A stretch of DNA of 64,000 nt, taken from assembly GCA_030141605.1 (NCBI GenBank), contig JAQGDQ010000613.1, positions 63,929-127,928 on the forward strand, given 5' to 3'. Both the position numbers and the translations under genes were made by a program. Under the pieces are notes generated by a model, which ran no database searches, had not been told where the DNA came from, and saw nothing but the letters and a program-made list of their open reading frames with translations. The stretch comes from Tubiluchus corallicola. Taxonomy: Eukaryota > Animalia > Priapulida. This document shows positions 1 to 14,345 of this stretch, piece after piece; position 1 is the first letter of the stretch; every line of letters begins with the position of its first letter.

Positions 1-236
1 TTGTAATTGTAACACCTGACTATAGCTGCGTCATAATAAAACATTGGAGCATATAGGCGTGTATTGGGTCACAAAGTTGTGTGTAATTAGCACTTGTTTG
101 TAAAACAATTGTTGGGATATACTGTAAATTGTATACGCTGTTTACCGGTGAACAAATTGCTCTTGAATAATTATGTTACTAGTAAAACAAATACCTGAAT
201 TGTGGGAGAATAATGTTTACTTTTGTTCCTTTCTAG

Positions 237-3200
237 GCTGATACTGTTTCGCCGTTCGAGGCAAGCTATGTAAGTAGCCAGTGTTAAATTATTTGCATGC
301 TATAATGAAATAGGATTGAGTGATCATGATTGTTGTAGACAAAGAATATCGAATGCTGTGTTTGACTCAGAGATTGCAACGTATTTAACCCAATTTATGA
401 CATACTTTCTTCAGTTACATTATGTTACGCAAATTGTGGCTACCACCTTTGTGAGTAAATGAAAGTAAGATAACGTAAAATATTTCAGACTAAATTTCTT
501 TTGAAACATTCAAGAAACTTTCGCACATTGGGACACTTCTTTGCAAACAAACAAAATGTTAAAATTTGGTGTGGGCCAAGAGTGCTCTATTTCTAAGCGT
601 TAAATTTTGTTTTGCTACTTGCTACACAAGTTCTCAAACGTGTGCACTACGTCACAACTGAACACCTCTGAAATGAGAAATACAGCAGCTGTTTTTTGTA
701 CAACGTATTTTTCCAGTTGCAGATACTAGTCCCATCTAATTAGTGAATGGCGAAATGCGTGTAACAGTGAAAAACTAACGAATGTGAAATTACAATTATT
801 TGGTAATAATTCTTTCACATAAATTATTCTTGAAGACATTGTATGTTCCCTTTCAATACTTTATATTGTTTCAGCTATAGTTTAAGATTGCGTCCGGTTT
901 TCCTTTAACACTTTTGTATGTGCTACATTAAAATCATTTTATTTACAATATCAGATAACGCAATATTATGTTATTCTTTACAGACAAGCTTGCAGAAGAG
1001 TTTATCATCAAGTTGCACAACAGATGGCAGTATTAATCAAGATCTCTGTCAGGTACTTTTCAATTTTCTGAATACAACTAGCTCAACGACAAATTTTTGT
1101 TGCTAACAGGGATGTGCCTATCCAATATATAATCAGAGATCCGCAAACAAACTAACATATTGTCGACAATAGAAACGCCAATGTTAAAATTTTTCCCCTA
1201 AAATAAATTTTCACTTTGAATACACTTGAAATAAGCTTTGATTGAGCCTTTTGTTATTAGTGCCTAATGAATGCAATTGTAATAAACCATCATTAATCTG
1301 AGCAGTTTCTTCAAAAATTCTATTCCATTTTCACCATGCTGTTTACGTACAAGTGCTGCTATTTTTAAGTGTTGACTGAGCCGCAAAACGTAGGAGTTTT
1401 ACCAAAGCGGATGTTTCATACGCGTAAAACTTCATTCCACTTCAAGCTCTGTGCCTGTGAGGCTGTGAAATATGGTCTAAACTCGTTCAGTTACTTGGGG
1501 ACAAAGTTGTGGAATACTCGGGGCCCACTCGTCTTAAAAGTGAAACCGGACTGAATTCTTTTAAGCATAAAATGCGGAATGTGAAAATGTGGATGCAATG
1601 TGGATTGCCCAAGTGATTTTTAGTCTTTAAAACGGTAAACTTGGCAAACCGAAACCTTTCAGGAAACCTAGGGAAATCAAGTAATTGGTAGTCTTTACTT
1701 AATTGTACAGTATTTAATTTAATTAGTTTTTAACCATAGCTGAATAGTTTTGTTTATTCACATGTGTCATAAGGTCTTGCAGCGTGTAGTTGTGTGTTTT
1801 TAAAATCAACATAAAATAAATGCTTATCTTATTAATCTGAAAAGAAGGTTAGATTAGTTTAGCAAATGTCAGTTCTTAGATACTTGGTATTTTAGATATT
1901 TTAGTGACGATTTTGTTATTGGTGAATAACTTACGTGAAATTCTGGATAGCAGTTAAATTCGTGCTTTTTCAAACTGCACTTTATATTTTTTCTGATGCT
2001 GTTTTCTGTTTACCGTCACTTCGTCATCATTATAAACCAACTCATGAGAGTTTGATGTGCTCTTTAACACCAATTTTCTAACCAGTTGCATAATTACTAT
2101 TCAATGATATCATTCACAGAGCAGAGCCTGATTATTTTTGGTTGACATGCAACAACAATTTTCCTTTCATAGTGCCGATTACCAGTGTTTTAAAAGTGAA
2201 CTATTAAAATTTTTATCTCCCAGATTACGTACCATGAAACTTTACTGTTAAACATGTGAGTGTGAGAAAGACAGCATAAAATTTCTCACAGTTTAAAGGT
2301 GTTAATGCCTTGTTATTATGTAGTAGCACAAATTACTAGTTTCCCCAAGTTGTTGTTTGTCACGCTTTCACCTTTACAGCAGGTGAAATTTTAGTTTAAC
2401 GATAATCTTCCACCTGTCAACACCAGCTTTGACAATGACACGTAGTTCGGCTCCAGCTCCCAGTAATTATAGTAATTTGCTCGATTTTGTAATGCCTACA
2501 CAAGGCACAATGTTCTTTGAACTTTTAAGGTTATTTTTAAAAAAGTATGATGTTTTAATTTTAAACTTTTAAGGTATTTGTAATAAAGCATAGTGTCTTA
2601 ATTTTGGACTTATAAGGTTTTTGTAAAAAAAAAGTAGTGTGTTAATTTTAAAAGTTGTTTACATGTTTTAAACTTGAAACTATTTGATTTTAAAAGTTAT
2701 TTGCATGTTTTAAACTTGAAGCTAGTTGATTATTATTTAGTTGAAATGTCAGTTATAATAGTGGAATATAGAAGCCTTATTCTTGCTGTTGGTTTCAGTT
2801 ATTTGTGTGTAGGAACATAGACAGACCGTTTTAAGAACAAAAAATTCTATAATCTATTTTTTGTGAAAATTATATTTTTGTCCTGTTATTTTTTCAAAGT
2901 ACTTCAGTACTGCTGTGTAGTTTGAGAACTAGGTTCATATCACTTAAAAGGTTAGCCCATAAAATTATGATGAATTAATGTCAGAAAATTTACAGTAAGG
3001 TTACTGTACGTGTTTCATTTCATATGAAATTGCCATTTTTTCGCAGAAAATTTTGCTGACACTTTCAAAATATTTTTAGATGACCGTCTTTTACACAAGA
3101 TGTTCGTATTTCAGGAAAATCAAGACTTGAAGCGGCAACTTGTCTTTTTACAGCAGCAGATTGAAGAGAAGAACCGAACGATACAGCGTCTTGAAGGACA

Positions 3201-6200
3201 AATGGTACGATGTAGCAGTCAATCGTTACAACATATATCGATTAAATTATTAATTAATAGTGAAACTGGGCAGTGATTGAGTAACTGTAATCCCAAGTAA
3301 TCGATTTTGCTATCCACCAGTTTCCTAAATAAAGAGAAAAGCAGTTCTCTTAGGCCCGTGCCACACAGAGGTGGGCATAATCTGTAATGCATAAGCTGTG
3401 AGGAGAAAAAGCCACCTCGTCAAGAATGGTAACCATGAAAGAGACATGTTATGGCTTACTGATTACAGATTGTGAATTGCCCCTTACTTCTTTCTCTGTG
3501 TTACACAGGCCTTACAGGCCCAAACAATCCGTGCTCTTATATTTACAAGCAAACTTGCAATGTTGCATTAATTGTCTAATTCACTTTTTCGAAAAGTGTC
3601 AGCTGCATACCTCTTTATTTTTTCTTTATTTTAATAATTTTTTGACATTAAATGATTATTTCTTATTTTCAGGAAACATTTAGAAATCGCCCAAGATGTG
3701 GCAGCACTGGCAGTGATGAAACAGACGAGAAGGATGTCCGAAATGCAGCTACTCAAACTGATCGGGTAAGGGCATCTCACTTTACATGTACAAATGTGCT
3801 ATATACTTCTGTACTATTTGTGTAGCAGCAGTAATTTTGCAGTAGTGGTTTGTATAGTATTGGGGCCTAGTCACCCACCTATACATTATGGCTTAACACT
3901 TTTTTCTCAGATGTTGATGAAATACAATGGCAAGAAGTAGGCCTTCAAAGACTATCAGTGTCATATCATTGGTTATGTACTTATGTTTAAATATCTTACC
4001 ATACTGCCCTATTTTTTCCACTGAAGCTATAAGTCTTATAGGCTATCTATAGCTTAGGGCCATGTTTGATTTATCAAGGAGACTAATGCATATGTCTGTT
4101 ATATTCGGTACATAGGCTGTTGTTTGCAATGTGCTGTTAACTCGGTTATTCAGGGCGAATTTGTGTGTGTAAAATTGGCTAAAATTTTGGCTTTCCATAC
4201 AAAAATATATTACTTCTCATTACATCTAGCTGTTTGAGTGACTTGAGTAACTCAAAAAGAAAATTATTAGTAACTGAAAATGTTCACACCCACTGGTAAA
4301 ACATCACTGACTCACCTTCTCAGTATGCAGCACTCGCTTCTCAAAAACATATTATTAATCATATTGACAAAATAAAGTAATTTAGACTTTTGCTTAGTTA
4401 GTGAGATTCATCCTAGAAATGCTTTTTCAAACTTTGCACAAAGTTGTTTAAACTTCTTTCAAATACTTATTGTCATAATGACTTTGCCTAACGATCATCG
4501 TTGGCATTTAAATTTGCAAGTTTTATACAGCATTGCAGTTAATACAAGTGCAATAAGGCACATGTAAGTGATATAAAATTTCAAGATGAATTTATTTAGC
4601 TTGATGTAAGTAAAGGCTTTTCTTGACCTTTAAGTAATTTTGTGAACAAACTAATGTGTGAATGCCATACACATGTTTAATTTCCGTCATTTCTTCCAGA
4701 TACGAAGCTTGGGTATTAATGGAGAGTGTAGGGTAGACGAACCGCCAACAATAAGGTATGCTTGCATAGAGAGTATCAACAATTTTTAAACTTGTGCTTA
4801 AAGTACATGGTTTAATTAATCTGCTGTGTGTGCATGCGTGTGCGTGTCTGTGTGTGTGCCTATATTAAGCCATCGTACATACTAATATATCCCATTGTGA
4901 AAGCGTGCCATTAATTTCTGTTTGGCATTTCTTTCATAAGTCAGTTTTTAATTTTCACTTAGGGTTTCCCATTTGTAATTTTGCAATTTTTTATCTTTTT
5001 CATGCTACAACAGCTTTAGAATCGGAAAGGTATCGTTACAGAAGCATTTTCGTGTTATGTAAACTAAAAACTTAGAAAACAAAATCTGGAAATTTACCTT
5101 TACTAGTTTAGTTATAGCTAAAATTGTAAAGTTTGAAATAAGATGTTAAATACGGCAGGTGTTGTTTACGAGAATAAGCCTTTTCACAGTTTTTGGACGC
5201 ACATCCAGTTACTGCAGGTCAAAGTTATGTATACCACAGCACACATTTTAATTACAACCTTCACGTGATGTGTGTGTAAAGCAAAACCGTCTGCCACATC
5301 AGTGGTTTTACGTGGACTTTACTTTATTATGCATTAGGCTGCACAGTGTAGAGTGGTTTATTAGCAAGGTCTTGCTTGGGAACAAAAAATGAACTAGGTA
5401 AAGTTCTAGCTAGTTGTTAAAACTGTTACTATTACTATAGCTTGCACTGCAAGGCATTGTCAAATGTACACAAATACGGTGGCTGTCTGTTACACTTAAC
5501 CTTTGACCTTTTCACACTCATCATCAATCGCTGTAACTGTGAAAGGGCTTATTACTGTCAGATGTTGTGTGGTGTGATGGTATTGTTTGTACTGTTGTTA
5601 TCATACTTATTTGTGATACACTGTCTAATACTGTTTTTAAAGTCAGTATTTAGCATCTTATTTCATTTTTCTTACTATAGTTGAAAGTCATGTTATAAAA
5701 GAAATAACTTCTCAAGTCTGTATAATCAAAAAACATAACTCTTTAGTACGACTTTGCTTGACAGCTATGCACTCTTTCTTCAACATTCAGATTAAAAACT
5801 TGGATTCAAAATTCTCTTTTTAATAGTAGGTTTAAATAACAATTTCATGCAAACTTTACTATTTGACACAAAGCCTGTAATTTTAATTATACTCTAATTT
5901 TTAAGTATACTCTAGTTTAGCAATTTTCTGATGTTAGAGTTACTGCTACAGGGTTGTCCAGAAAAAAACACTACCAGTAAATTCTTTAATAAAACAAAAA
6001 TTAGAAGCCAAAAAGGCATAAAAATTTAACACAACAAAAATGAAATATACATATTTTATACACAACAAAAAATTTAGTTATAGGCTTTATTTTATTTTCG
6101 CTTAACTTTTAAAAATGTGATGTTTAAAATTTTATTTCCATTAACAAAGAAATGGATGTTTTTCCAAAGTCTGCTATTTTAAGTAAAAAAAAGAAAATAA

Positions 6201-9200
6201 ACTTTTGATATTTATTTATCTACAATTTTTTAGAAAAATTGTCTTGTGTGCTTTCTTTCCATTTTGATCACTTTGCAAAGTTTAGATCAGAATCGGTTAA
6301 AAGTTGGATTAATGTCATTATTGGTTAAAACACCAACTTTATTAAAATGTTTAATTTACATAGTTAAAAATCACGCCAAACGTATAGAATATTATGTTCT
6401 AATTATGTATGTAACAGAAGCCAAATAAGTATTGATTAAGCAGACCTGTAGAAAAGAAATTGATACATTAACACATTTTTAAAATTTTGAGCAAATGTAA
6501 ACATAAAACTTGCAAATAAATTTTAATTTTGTATAAAATATATATGTTAATTTTTATGCTGTTAAGTTTTTATGCCTTTTTAATTTTCGTTTTGTTGAAG
6601 AATTTTCTGGTGATGTTTCTCTTCTGGACGACCCTGCACATTAGCCCATTCTAACTGTATTTTTACGAACTTATTTTGTTGCATTTTGCCTGAACTTGCT
6701 TTGCAAGCTTTCTAAACGTAAAACGTGTCATTTTAAGCATCAGACGGTTCCATTTCGGCTAATTAGACTTGGAGATTTCTAATTTGGTGAAGGTAATTTA
6801 TGCATGAGTGTATAGTGGTTGTCGTTGCACTCAAACACACAATTATTTAGGCACAAGAATTTGTTGTAAAGCTGGCACTTGTGAATTTTTGGCACTTTTT
6901 TATGAGAAGTTAAAAAGAACTGTTTTTTCTTGTTTATGCCTGTGTTTTCGCATAGATGTCTTCATTTTTCACATTCGTTTACAGTGATAGTTCAATTACT
7001 ATTAAACTGTAGTATCACTACAAACTCAATTACTTTTTTAAATAGTAGTTGTTGCAACTGCAATTACTGTATAAAAATAGTGTCCACTACTATTCCGTTT
7101 TCTTGCGATTTCTGACTTCTGACCATTGTAGATATAGTTCACTGCATTATATAGGTGGAATGTGGAAACAGCTTGTGATAATAAATTGTTAAGTGGCAGC
7201 GGAATACGCCCAAGTATAGACATAGATTATAGTATAGTATAGGTTCTAAATAAGCAGTTCATTTATGATCATAGACAGACACTTGCACGTCAAGTGACAG
7301 CTGCAAGAATTAAATGTAGTGCTGTTACAGTGCTAATTAAAAAAGTGGTGATATTATAATTTATTGTTACTCATTTTTAAAGTAATGGCACTTTTCTAGC
7401 ATTACTAATTTTAGTAGTGGCGCTACGTAGGGAGCATTACAGTAGTGACGCTGTAACAACTATCCAACACTGTTCACTTGCAACTGCATGATGCTATTGT
7501 TGAGGTTCACATTTGAAGTAGCAACCTACTTCATTACGCTGACATAGCATTTAATTAATCAATCCTATTTTTCGTGTAAATTGTAGAGCAAGCGTTACAG
7601 CCACTTACTAGAGTTACTGCATGTTATTAGTGGAGGCTGAGTTAGAACACAGTAGTACATTTGTTTATGTCATACACATTTTACTTAGTTTACAATGATT
7701 TCTAAAATTACAAGCATCAGTATCTAATTTTTGAGATACTAATGTGAAATTTGAATCACATACTTGTACATACGTAAATAAGTTCATAATAAGTGACTCT
7801 ATTAACAAAGACACGTCGCATCTTGCCTGTAACATAAAAATTATGAACTGAGGTTAAACCGGGCATTTAATTAATAAAAAGTGATTTTACGTTATATGTT
7901 ATTAAATTCTTAACAAAATTATTATGAATTATGAATACACTGTATGTTTATAGTGTAAAAAGATTTCTTAATTGTTCTTTGGAAGCAATTTATTATATCA
8001 ATGTAGCGTTTTTGATAGCTGTTAAATTTGATTTTTTACATCAGAGATGTATTTGTTCCAACAGAGATGCATTCTGGATAATAAGTTGTTGTGCGTGAAA
8101 TGAAAAATCCTATGTTTATGCATTCATAAGTTACATGATATTAGTTTAATCATCTGTAAATACATCAATTTTGACTTTCGTATGCAGCAATTAAGCTTCT
8201 TTATTTTTAATTTTCAGGAGACCTGAAAATGAAGACTATCTAGTTATGTACCGACGCCCACGGGTATGGCATTATACTGTTTACATGATTAACATGCTTA
8301 GTGTTTATAATGTTTTAGTCATATAGGAAATGTGCAAATGTGACAGCAACATTTTAGTGCAGTTTGTAAATGAAAATTCTGTTTCGTAAGCTAACATTTC
8401 TATATAACATAACTATTCATTGTCCTATGGCCCACGGATAACTTGTGGCCAACTGAACTAATTTGACATGCAGCATGCCAGCGTAAAACCTTGTTTCGAG
8501 TGTACACCGAGTTTTTCATTATACAGTAATATATTCAAAACCATAAGGGGTTCTGTTCAATAAATATAGGGCTCAGAGTATGGGGCCCCCTCTACAGTAA
8601 GTATAGCCCCGAAGTGCCCTATACATATTGGATACTGAAAATATATACATTGGACATTGAAACATGCCAACATTTCTGTAAGTTTGGGGGGCCATCGAGG
8701 AGTTTGGCCTAGGACTCACAAGTAGGTAAATCTGGCCCTGTGTACTGGTGTACATTTGTTGAGGAAGTGACTCGATACCCTGTTGTGTCTAACTTCTGAA
8801 TAAAATATGTTGTAAGACGGGTAGAACTTTTAAGCTTCTCTGACATCAAGTAGTCTTCTAAATTCCAGTAAGGTTATTCTAGCCTTGCTATGGAAAGGAT
8901 TTTTTCTAATTAAATAAGAAGAATGGCCTTCATGGTAATTATTTGTGGAAAGCAAATAATTTAGAAAAGAGTTTCTTTATACATTGTACAGATATGTCAT
9001 GGTTAAATTGTACATATACAGAAGTGGTAATTATGCTGGTTTATATTTTTAGGATTATAGTCCAAACTTTACACAGAAGGTAACGTATTTTACTCCGATG
9101 ACTACGAGGACATATCAGAGACAGCCATCTTCTACCATTTCCCCACAGTTGCCACGGCGATCAGCCTCAGCTACAAATGCAGTTGATTCAGATCACAAGT

Positions 9201-9346
9201 GCCATTTGTCATCTACGTCGTCACGGTTTCCGCTGCCGCATCGATCGGCTTCGGCATCAGACGAATCCAGTCATAGTACGTTGTCAGTGAACAGTTGTGA
9301 TTTAAGTTCGAAAGTAAATGATTTATCGTTGTCGCATAAACTTTGA
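237..9346 (+). CDS. 3' part of a coiled-coil, serine-rich protein gene, probably CCSER1/2 (FAM190)-like; 5' exons lie outside the window
   Basis: Seven GT-AG exons join in frame: 237-269, 984-1052, 3115-3204, 3673-3765, 4700-4755, 8218-8263, 9053-9346 (TGA). Translation includes the coiled coil ENQDLKRQLVFLQQQIEEKNRTIQRLEGQM, then RNAATQTDR and a Ser-rich tail. A coiled coil followed by TQT recalls CCSER C-termini (from memory, unverified). The exon chain is better supported than the family name. Confidence 0.7.
1430..1520 (+). mobile_element. CR1/L2-type LINE 3' remnant
   Basis: Translates to KYGLNSFSYLGTKLWN, a typical end-of-ORF2 motif; no longer ORF. Confidence 0.5.
5173..5553. mobile_element. 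MITE family A, copy 1
   Basis: TIR aataagccttttcacagtt / aactgtgaaagggcttatt; a homologous direct copy lies at 13259-13645. Confidence 0.8.
5949..6636. mobile_element. Tc1/mariner-like non-autonomous element
   Basis: TA|cagggttgtccagaa ... ttctggacgaccctg|ca, with imperfect TIRs about 100 bp long. Confidence 0.75.
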
Positions 9347-9896
9347 CAATGACATCATACTTTCTAGCTGTTGGAACATCTGTTGGTGATGTATTTCTAG
9401 CTGTTGATTGTACTTAAGTCTTTTGTGATTAAAATTGTAAAATTATTTTGCAAAAATTTGTGCAAACTTTGCGTAGCCAGTGCAATAGTACAAATACTCG
9501 ACTTCCTGCAGCACCCGAAAATATTTTCATCTGATGTCAGTGTACATACAGTAATAAATCAAATTAGTAGCCAAACTCAGGGGAGCATTGGGAAACGGGT
9601 ATCAAACAAAAATGAGGGAGAATTTTGTGCAGCGATGGATAACTTATTTACTGTAAGATTTAGTGGCAGAAGTATTCTGTAGAACCTTGTCAAATCTTTA
9701 ACTGTTATGCACCATCTGTTTCTTGGTACTTAAAAATAAAAGTAGGCAAAGAGCATGGTTCTAGCTGATGGAGTATTAAATGTACTACTAAAAAGCAAAA
9801 GGAAAGACTAAGACCTTCCTCTAATATTAGTACAACTTTTAGCAATTTAATAATATATTTCAAAATTCCCTTATCTGGTGCAACTTTTTGCCATTA

Positions 9897-10338
9897 CACT
9901 CATATATCGATTTGCCGGACAAAAATGCGGAGACGTTGGTCCAAATTTGCCGATTGTCCGTATTTTCTGATACTGAGCTAATACATTAGGCGCAGTGTAT
10001 TAGACTCACGGCAATGTAGAATCAATTGCCTAATTGCCTCAAAAACATCTAGTATGGGCCGCTCCTATGCAAAAGTATATAAAAACTGTCGACAATTGAC
10101 TCAAATAACTCTGCATAATTGACTCTAAAGCACTTACAAATGCTGATTAAACCACTAAACATGCTGACATACAAGCTACATACGTGTCGTTACATGCTGC
10201 TTGGATTTAAACAAAGTGACGGCCAGCTCGCAAGACAACGGACAGTGTCCGTAGTATGCGTGACTTTTTAATGGACCAGATTTTATCTGAATTTTCCGAT
10301 ATCTGTAAAAGTGAGGTCCGGTAAACCAAGACACTAGT
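9897..10338. mobile_element. MITE family C, copy 1 (TA-flanked, Tc1/pogo-like)
   Basis: ta|cactcatatatcgatttgccggac ... gtccggtaaaccaagacactagtg|ta; an inverted homologue lies at 21220-21598. Confidence 0.7.
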
Positions 10339-11068
10339 GTATTCAAAAATTTGAATGTTTTTTGTTGGCTACCATGACTCGTTAGTATTTTGTTACTTAT
10401 TTGGGAGATATTATTTTGTATATAGTTGTATAATTTTGTTCATTTTACTGCACTTGTTAACATAATAATAGCCATTCACGTGTATATACGTATAATACAC
10501 ATTTAGCTGTAGGATCAAAATAATGTATTTGAATTCGTTTCCTTGTGTACTGCTGCTATTTATAAGTAGATAACTAAGATGTGTTATGTGTTGTTATTAT
10601 TTATTATTAGATAGGAAACTTAACTCAGTAAACAAACAAAATTGTGCTTTGGAAGCTCCGTTTCAAATAAGCGCTAATTATTTTAGAGGTTAGAAGAAAA
10701 ACTGGAAAATGATTAATAATTTGACTATAGTTCACGACGTGGTTTGGATTTAACTAGATGAATGTAATTATTAAAACAACCTTGTTAATAGTTGTTATAT
10801 TTTTGTTGGCAGAAAATTTATAAAAAAAAAATCTAGAAAAAAATTGTAAGCAGTTGTAAAAACTGGTGAAATTTTTTGCACTAGAAGTGGTGTCAACTGC
10901 TTTATATCTTAGGCTTGTATTAATTAACAGCTCATAGCTTTCTCATAGGTAGGAAAATTATGTGAAGTGCAAGGGACTTACAGTAATTTAAGAATTTCTT
11001 TGTGCTTGTATAACTTTTTAATGCTCCCAGCAGGTTGTAACACAACTCTGTTGTAGTTGAACCCAGTA

Positions 11069-11613
11069 CAGTAAACTCCACATAACCCAAATCCAACCGG
11101 ACCGAAAAACGGTTCCAGCATAGAAACTCTAAACCCCTCTATCAGATGGCGAGCTAAATAAAAGGCAGAAAGTCAATCCTTCTATACACAAACGACGAGA
11201 TTTAATGACAATTACATAAAGAATAACAAACTATGTGGTGAAACACGATTTTTTATGTAACATAAGGACGCGTACACGATACTGTGAAACAAGGTGACAG
11301 TGGGGCTACCAATGTCTTGCGTACTGCAATCCCAGAGAAAATAATCAGTGGGCGTGACTTGTAAGACATTGGAATTTTACTGGAACATGATACTGTTATT
11401 TTTCTAGAGATTAAATTGCATTTTTGAGTTAGGCGAAGTAAATTACATGTATTTTGATTAAATGGATAATAATTTTTTATTTAAGTTAGGCAAAAAATTT
11501 TGAGTTATATATTTTGAATTAATCAATGTTTTGTGTGGAAAAACGAAGGATTTCATCCATTCCGCTGAAATTCTCTGAGTTAGGCAAAAATTTGAGTTAC
11601 GTGGAATTTACTG
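11069..11613. mobile_element. pogo/Tigger-like MITE
   Basis: TA|cagtaaactccacataacccaaat ... atttgagttacgtggaatttactg|TA. Confidence 0.8.
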
Positions 11614-12417
11614 TAATAGCAAATTATTACAGTTTCCAATGGAGTAAAATACTGCACAACAAATTGCAATGTTTCTGTCCCACTTCTGACACCATGACTT
11701 ATACTGTTGTTCGTGGATTTCTATCTAGTAGAAATTATTACAGAACACTAAGCCATTATGCGTGTTGCGGTCAGACATATTAATGCATAACAGAAACCAT
11801 GAAAGATTTGCAATTGATTGTAGGTGTAATTGATCTATTAGGCGAAATTAGTCGACAGTAACAAGAAGGAAAATGAAAGAAGGCGTCAGGCCATATCTGT
11901 ACATTTCGTAGAATATCCTGTTCACATTTTTCATTGGCTGATTTGTCGTTAATTATGTTATATAACACACGTACTATCTAACGTTCAAATAATGAACATG
12001 AAAGCAATCTGTAACAGGGTGTTATGATAGAAGGGGCATAAGAATGTTTTCTTATTTAAATTGATTGACAGTGAAAATTGTAAAAATCATGCATAATCAG
12101 ATAATTATTTGTTGCATTTTTACTAGATTTTCTTATGCCGACAAATTATAAGAAACTAGAATTGCCTTCTGATATTTTTAAAGGTGTGTATGAATGCAGA
12201 AGTTGACTTTTCTACATTTAACCAAAATCATAATCGAAAACTAAAGTTTAAATTGCTTTATTTGGGCCACATAGTTTAGATAAGAATGCAAATTCAAATT
12301 CTGATTTGGATTCATTGAATGTTATTAGTCAAATTAATCTGAAGACTGAATGTAATTAATGTAATTAAACCAGTTGAGTGTAACTTTTTGCAAGCATCCT
12401 CAGCTTTATCGTCTTAC

Positions 12418-12704
12418 GGCGCTGAGTTCATACTAACAAGTTTTCTCTCTGAAAACAAAAGTGTGAATTACTCTGCAAGTTGCCGTTGACAAAAAATTGC
12501 AAACTCTCTGACAGTTGCTGCGAGTTGATTTACTGTCTAGTGTGAACGCCTCTGCAAGTTACTCACAACACTTCTCGCAATGAATAGAGAAGTGAGTGTC
12601 AGCTCATGCTTACTGTCGGAGAGTAACTCGCTGTAAGTTTTGCTCTCTAGTCTGAACACGCTTGCAAGTTACTTGGCGAGAAAACTCGCTAGTCTGAATG
12701 TGCC
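12418..12704. mobile_element. MITE family E, copy 1 (possibly PIF/Harbinger-like)
   Basis: Ends in aaaactcgctagtctgaatgtgcc; inverted homologue at 26585-26865 and a fragment at about 61736-61793. Confidence 0.6.
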
Positions 12705-13258
12705 ATTAGACTGAAATTACACATGATGTAGTGTAGTATTCCAAATTAATTGTCTGGATGTATTAAGTGTTATGTAACATCATTGCTGAATAGCAGAAAG
12801 ATGATATACTATGTTTATACTGTAAATATTTATAAGTGTACGTGTCATTCTAGTCCTAAATATATCTACACAACTTGTATAAGTAGCTATAAATACTTTG
12901 TGGAACTATAATCTATGGTAAAAGTGTGTCTTTTTCTTAAAAAATAATGCATTATTGCCACTATGACACTCAGTAGTATAAGTTTACAAGTAGCTGTATA
13001 AGTACGTCTTTTTCTTAAAAAATGAATAAGTCAGACCTAATACGATGCTGCTGAAATCGTGTTATAACTCGGTGCAAACTGGTATACACAATTGTCCATG
13101 GAAATTCATTAATTATAAAAAAAATTATCAGGGAACTATTTTTATGTAAAAAAACACATCATTTTAATTTAAGCAGACTGTAAGCAAGAGTGTAGGAAGG
13201 GCCTTTTTGGAGAAATCTTTGAACATGAAGTTCCTTGTCAGCTAGAGAGAGCCAGCTC

Positions 13259-13645
13259 ATAAGCCGTTTCATAGTTTCATTGTGCACTAGCGCAGTTGCT
13301 GTAGGTCAAAGGTTAAGTGTACCACAGCAACGCGTCTTAACTACAAGCATCACGTGACATTGTGGGTAACGCAAATCATTAGTTCAGTACTTCAGTTGTT
13401 TTACGTGGACTTTGCTTAATTATGCATTAGTTTATGCTCAGAATGATTTGCTAGCAGGATCTTGCCTGGGAACAAGAAAAATCAGTTAGGTAAGGTTCTA
13501 GGTAGCTGTTAAAACTGTTAGTATTATAGTAACGTGGGCTGCGAGGCGTTGTCAAGTGTATACAAATGTGTTGTCTGGTATACTTAACCTTTGACCTTTT
13601 AACGATCGTCATCAATCTCTGAAACTGTGAAAAGGCGGGCTTATT
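13259..13645. mobile_element. MITE family A, copy 2
   Basis: Colinear with 5173-5553, with the same TIRs. Confidence 0.8.
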
Positions 13646-14179
13646 TTATATTAGCAAGTCATAATAACATTATATTTTGTTATTTTTCCCAGTAGGTTCA
13701 ATCAATTGAAAAATTTATGCGACTTTAGAAAATGATTAAAGATGGAAAATGTTTATTAAACAAAATAACCGTGTCCTAGCAGCTTTTACTTAGTGACCCT
13801 GCCATTCGTTAATGCACAAATTAACTTTTTGAAAAGTTTTGGCTTCCAGTCAGAATTGCATTGTTGTTTTATATTATGTTGTTGTTGTATTTATTTCTTT
13901 AACTAATAACAAACGTAATAATAAAAATGATTTTTTCTGTGTATACTTGTTACTGTGTATTATTGATTTCAATTTCAGAAGTTTCAATTTTAAAAATAAA
14001 CACAAGTACATTAAACCTTGAATCAAAAACATTTAACACTAAATTCGAAACAATGACAAACGACATTATATATTTTAAATTAATTACACAAGTTTGGTAA
14101 AATCAAAATATACAAATCACTTTACCTGGAAACACAGGTGCATCAAACTACTCGATGTTGTTTGTTTAATTACAAAAAA

Positions 14180-14345
14180 GCAAATGATCCTGATTAATAA
14201 TCAAACAAATGACTTAGAACTGAGAGAAAGTATTGCATTATTTGTGAACTGTCAAGCCAATGATATACCAAAGCTTTCGGCATCTGGCGTTCGCTTTTTC
14301 AGTATCACGAAGACAGAAACAACGTTTATGTTGTCAATAGGTGAC
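14180..14345. mobile_element. Penelope-like retroelement remnant
   Basis: A + strand ILINNQTNDLELRESIAL segment (GIY-YIG C-terminus-like) is followed by an inverted ctgaaaaagcgaacgccagatgccgaaagc motif. Confidence 0.4.

Noticed and set aside
2224-2255. Possible extra micro-exon of gene 1 (cag|...|gtgagt)
   Set aside because: 32 nt would break the frame between phase-0 neighbours
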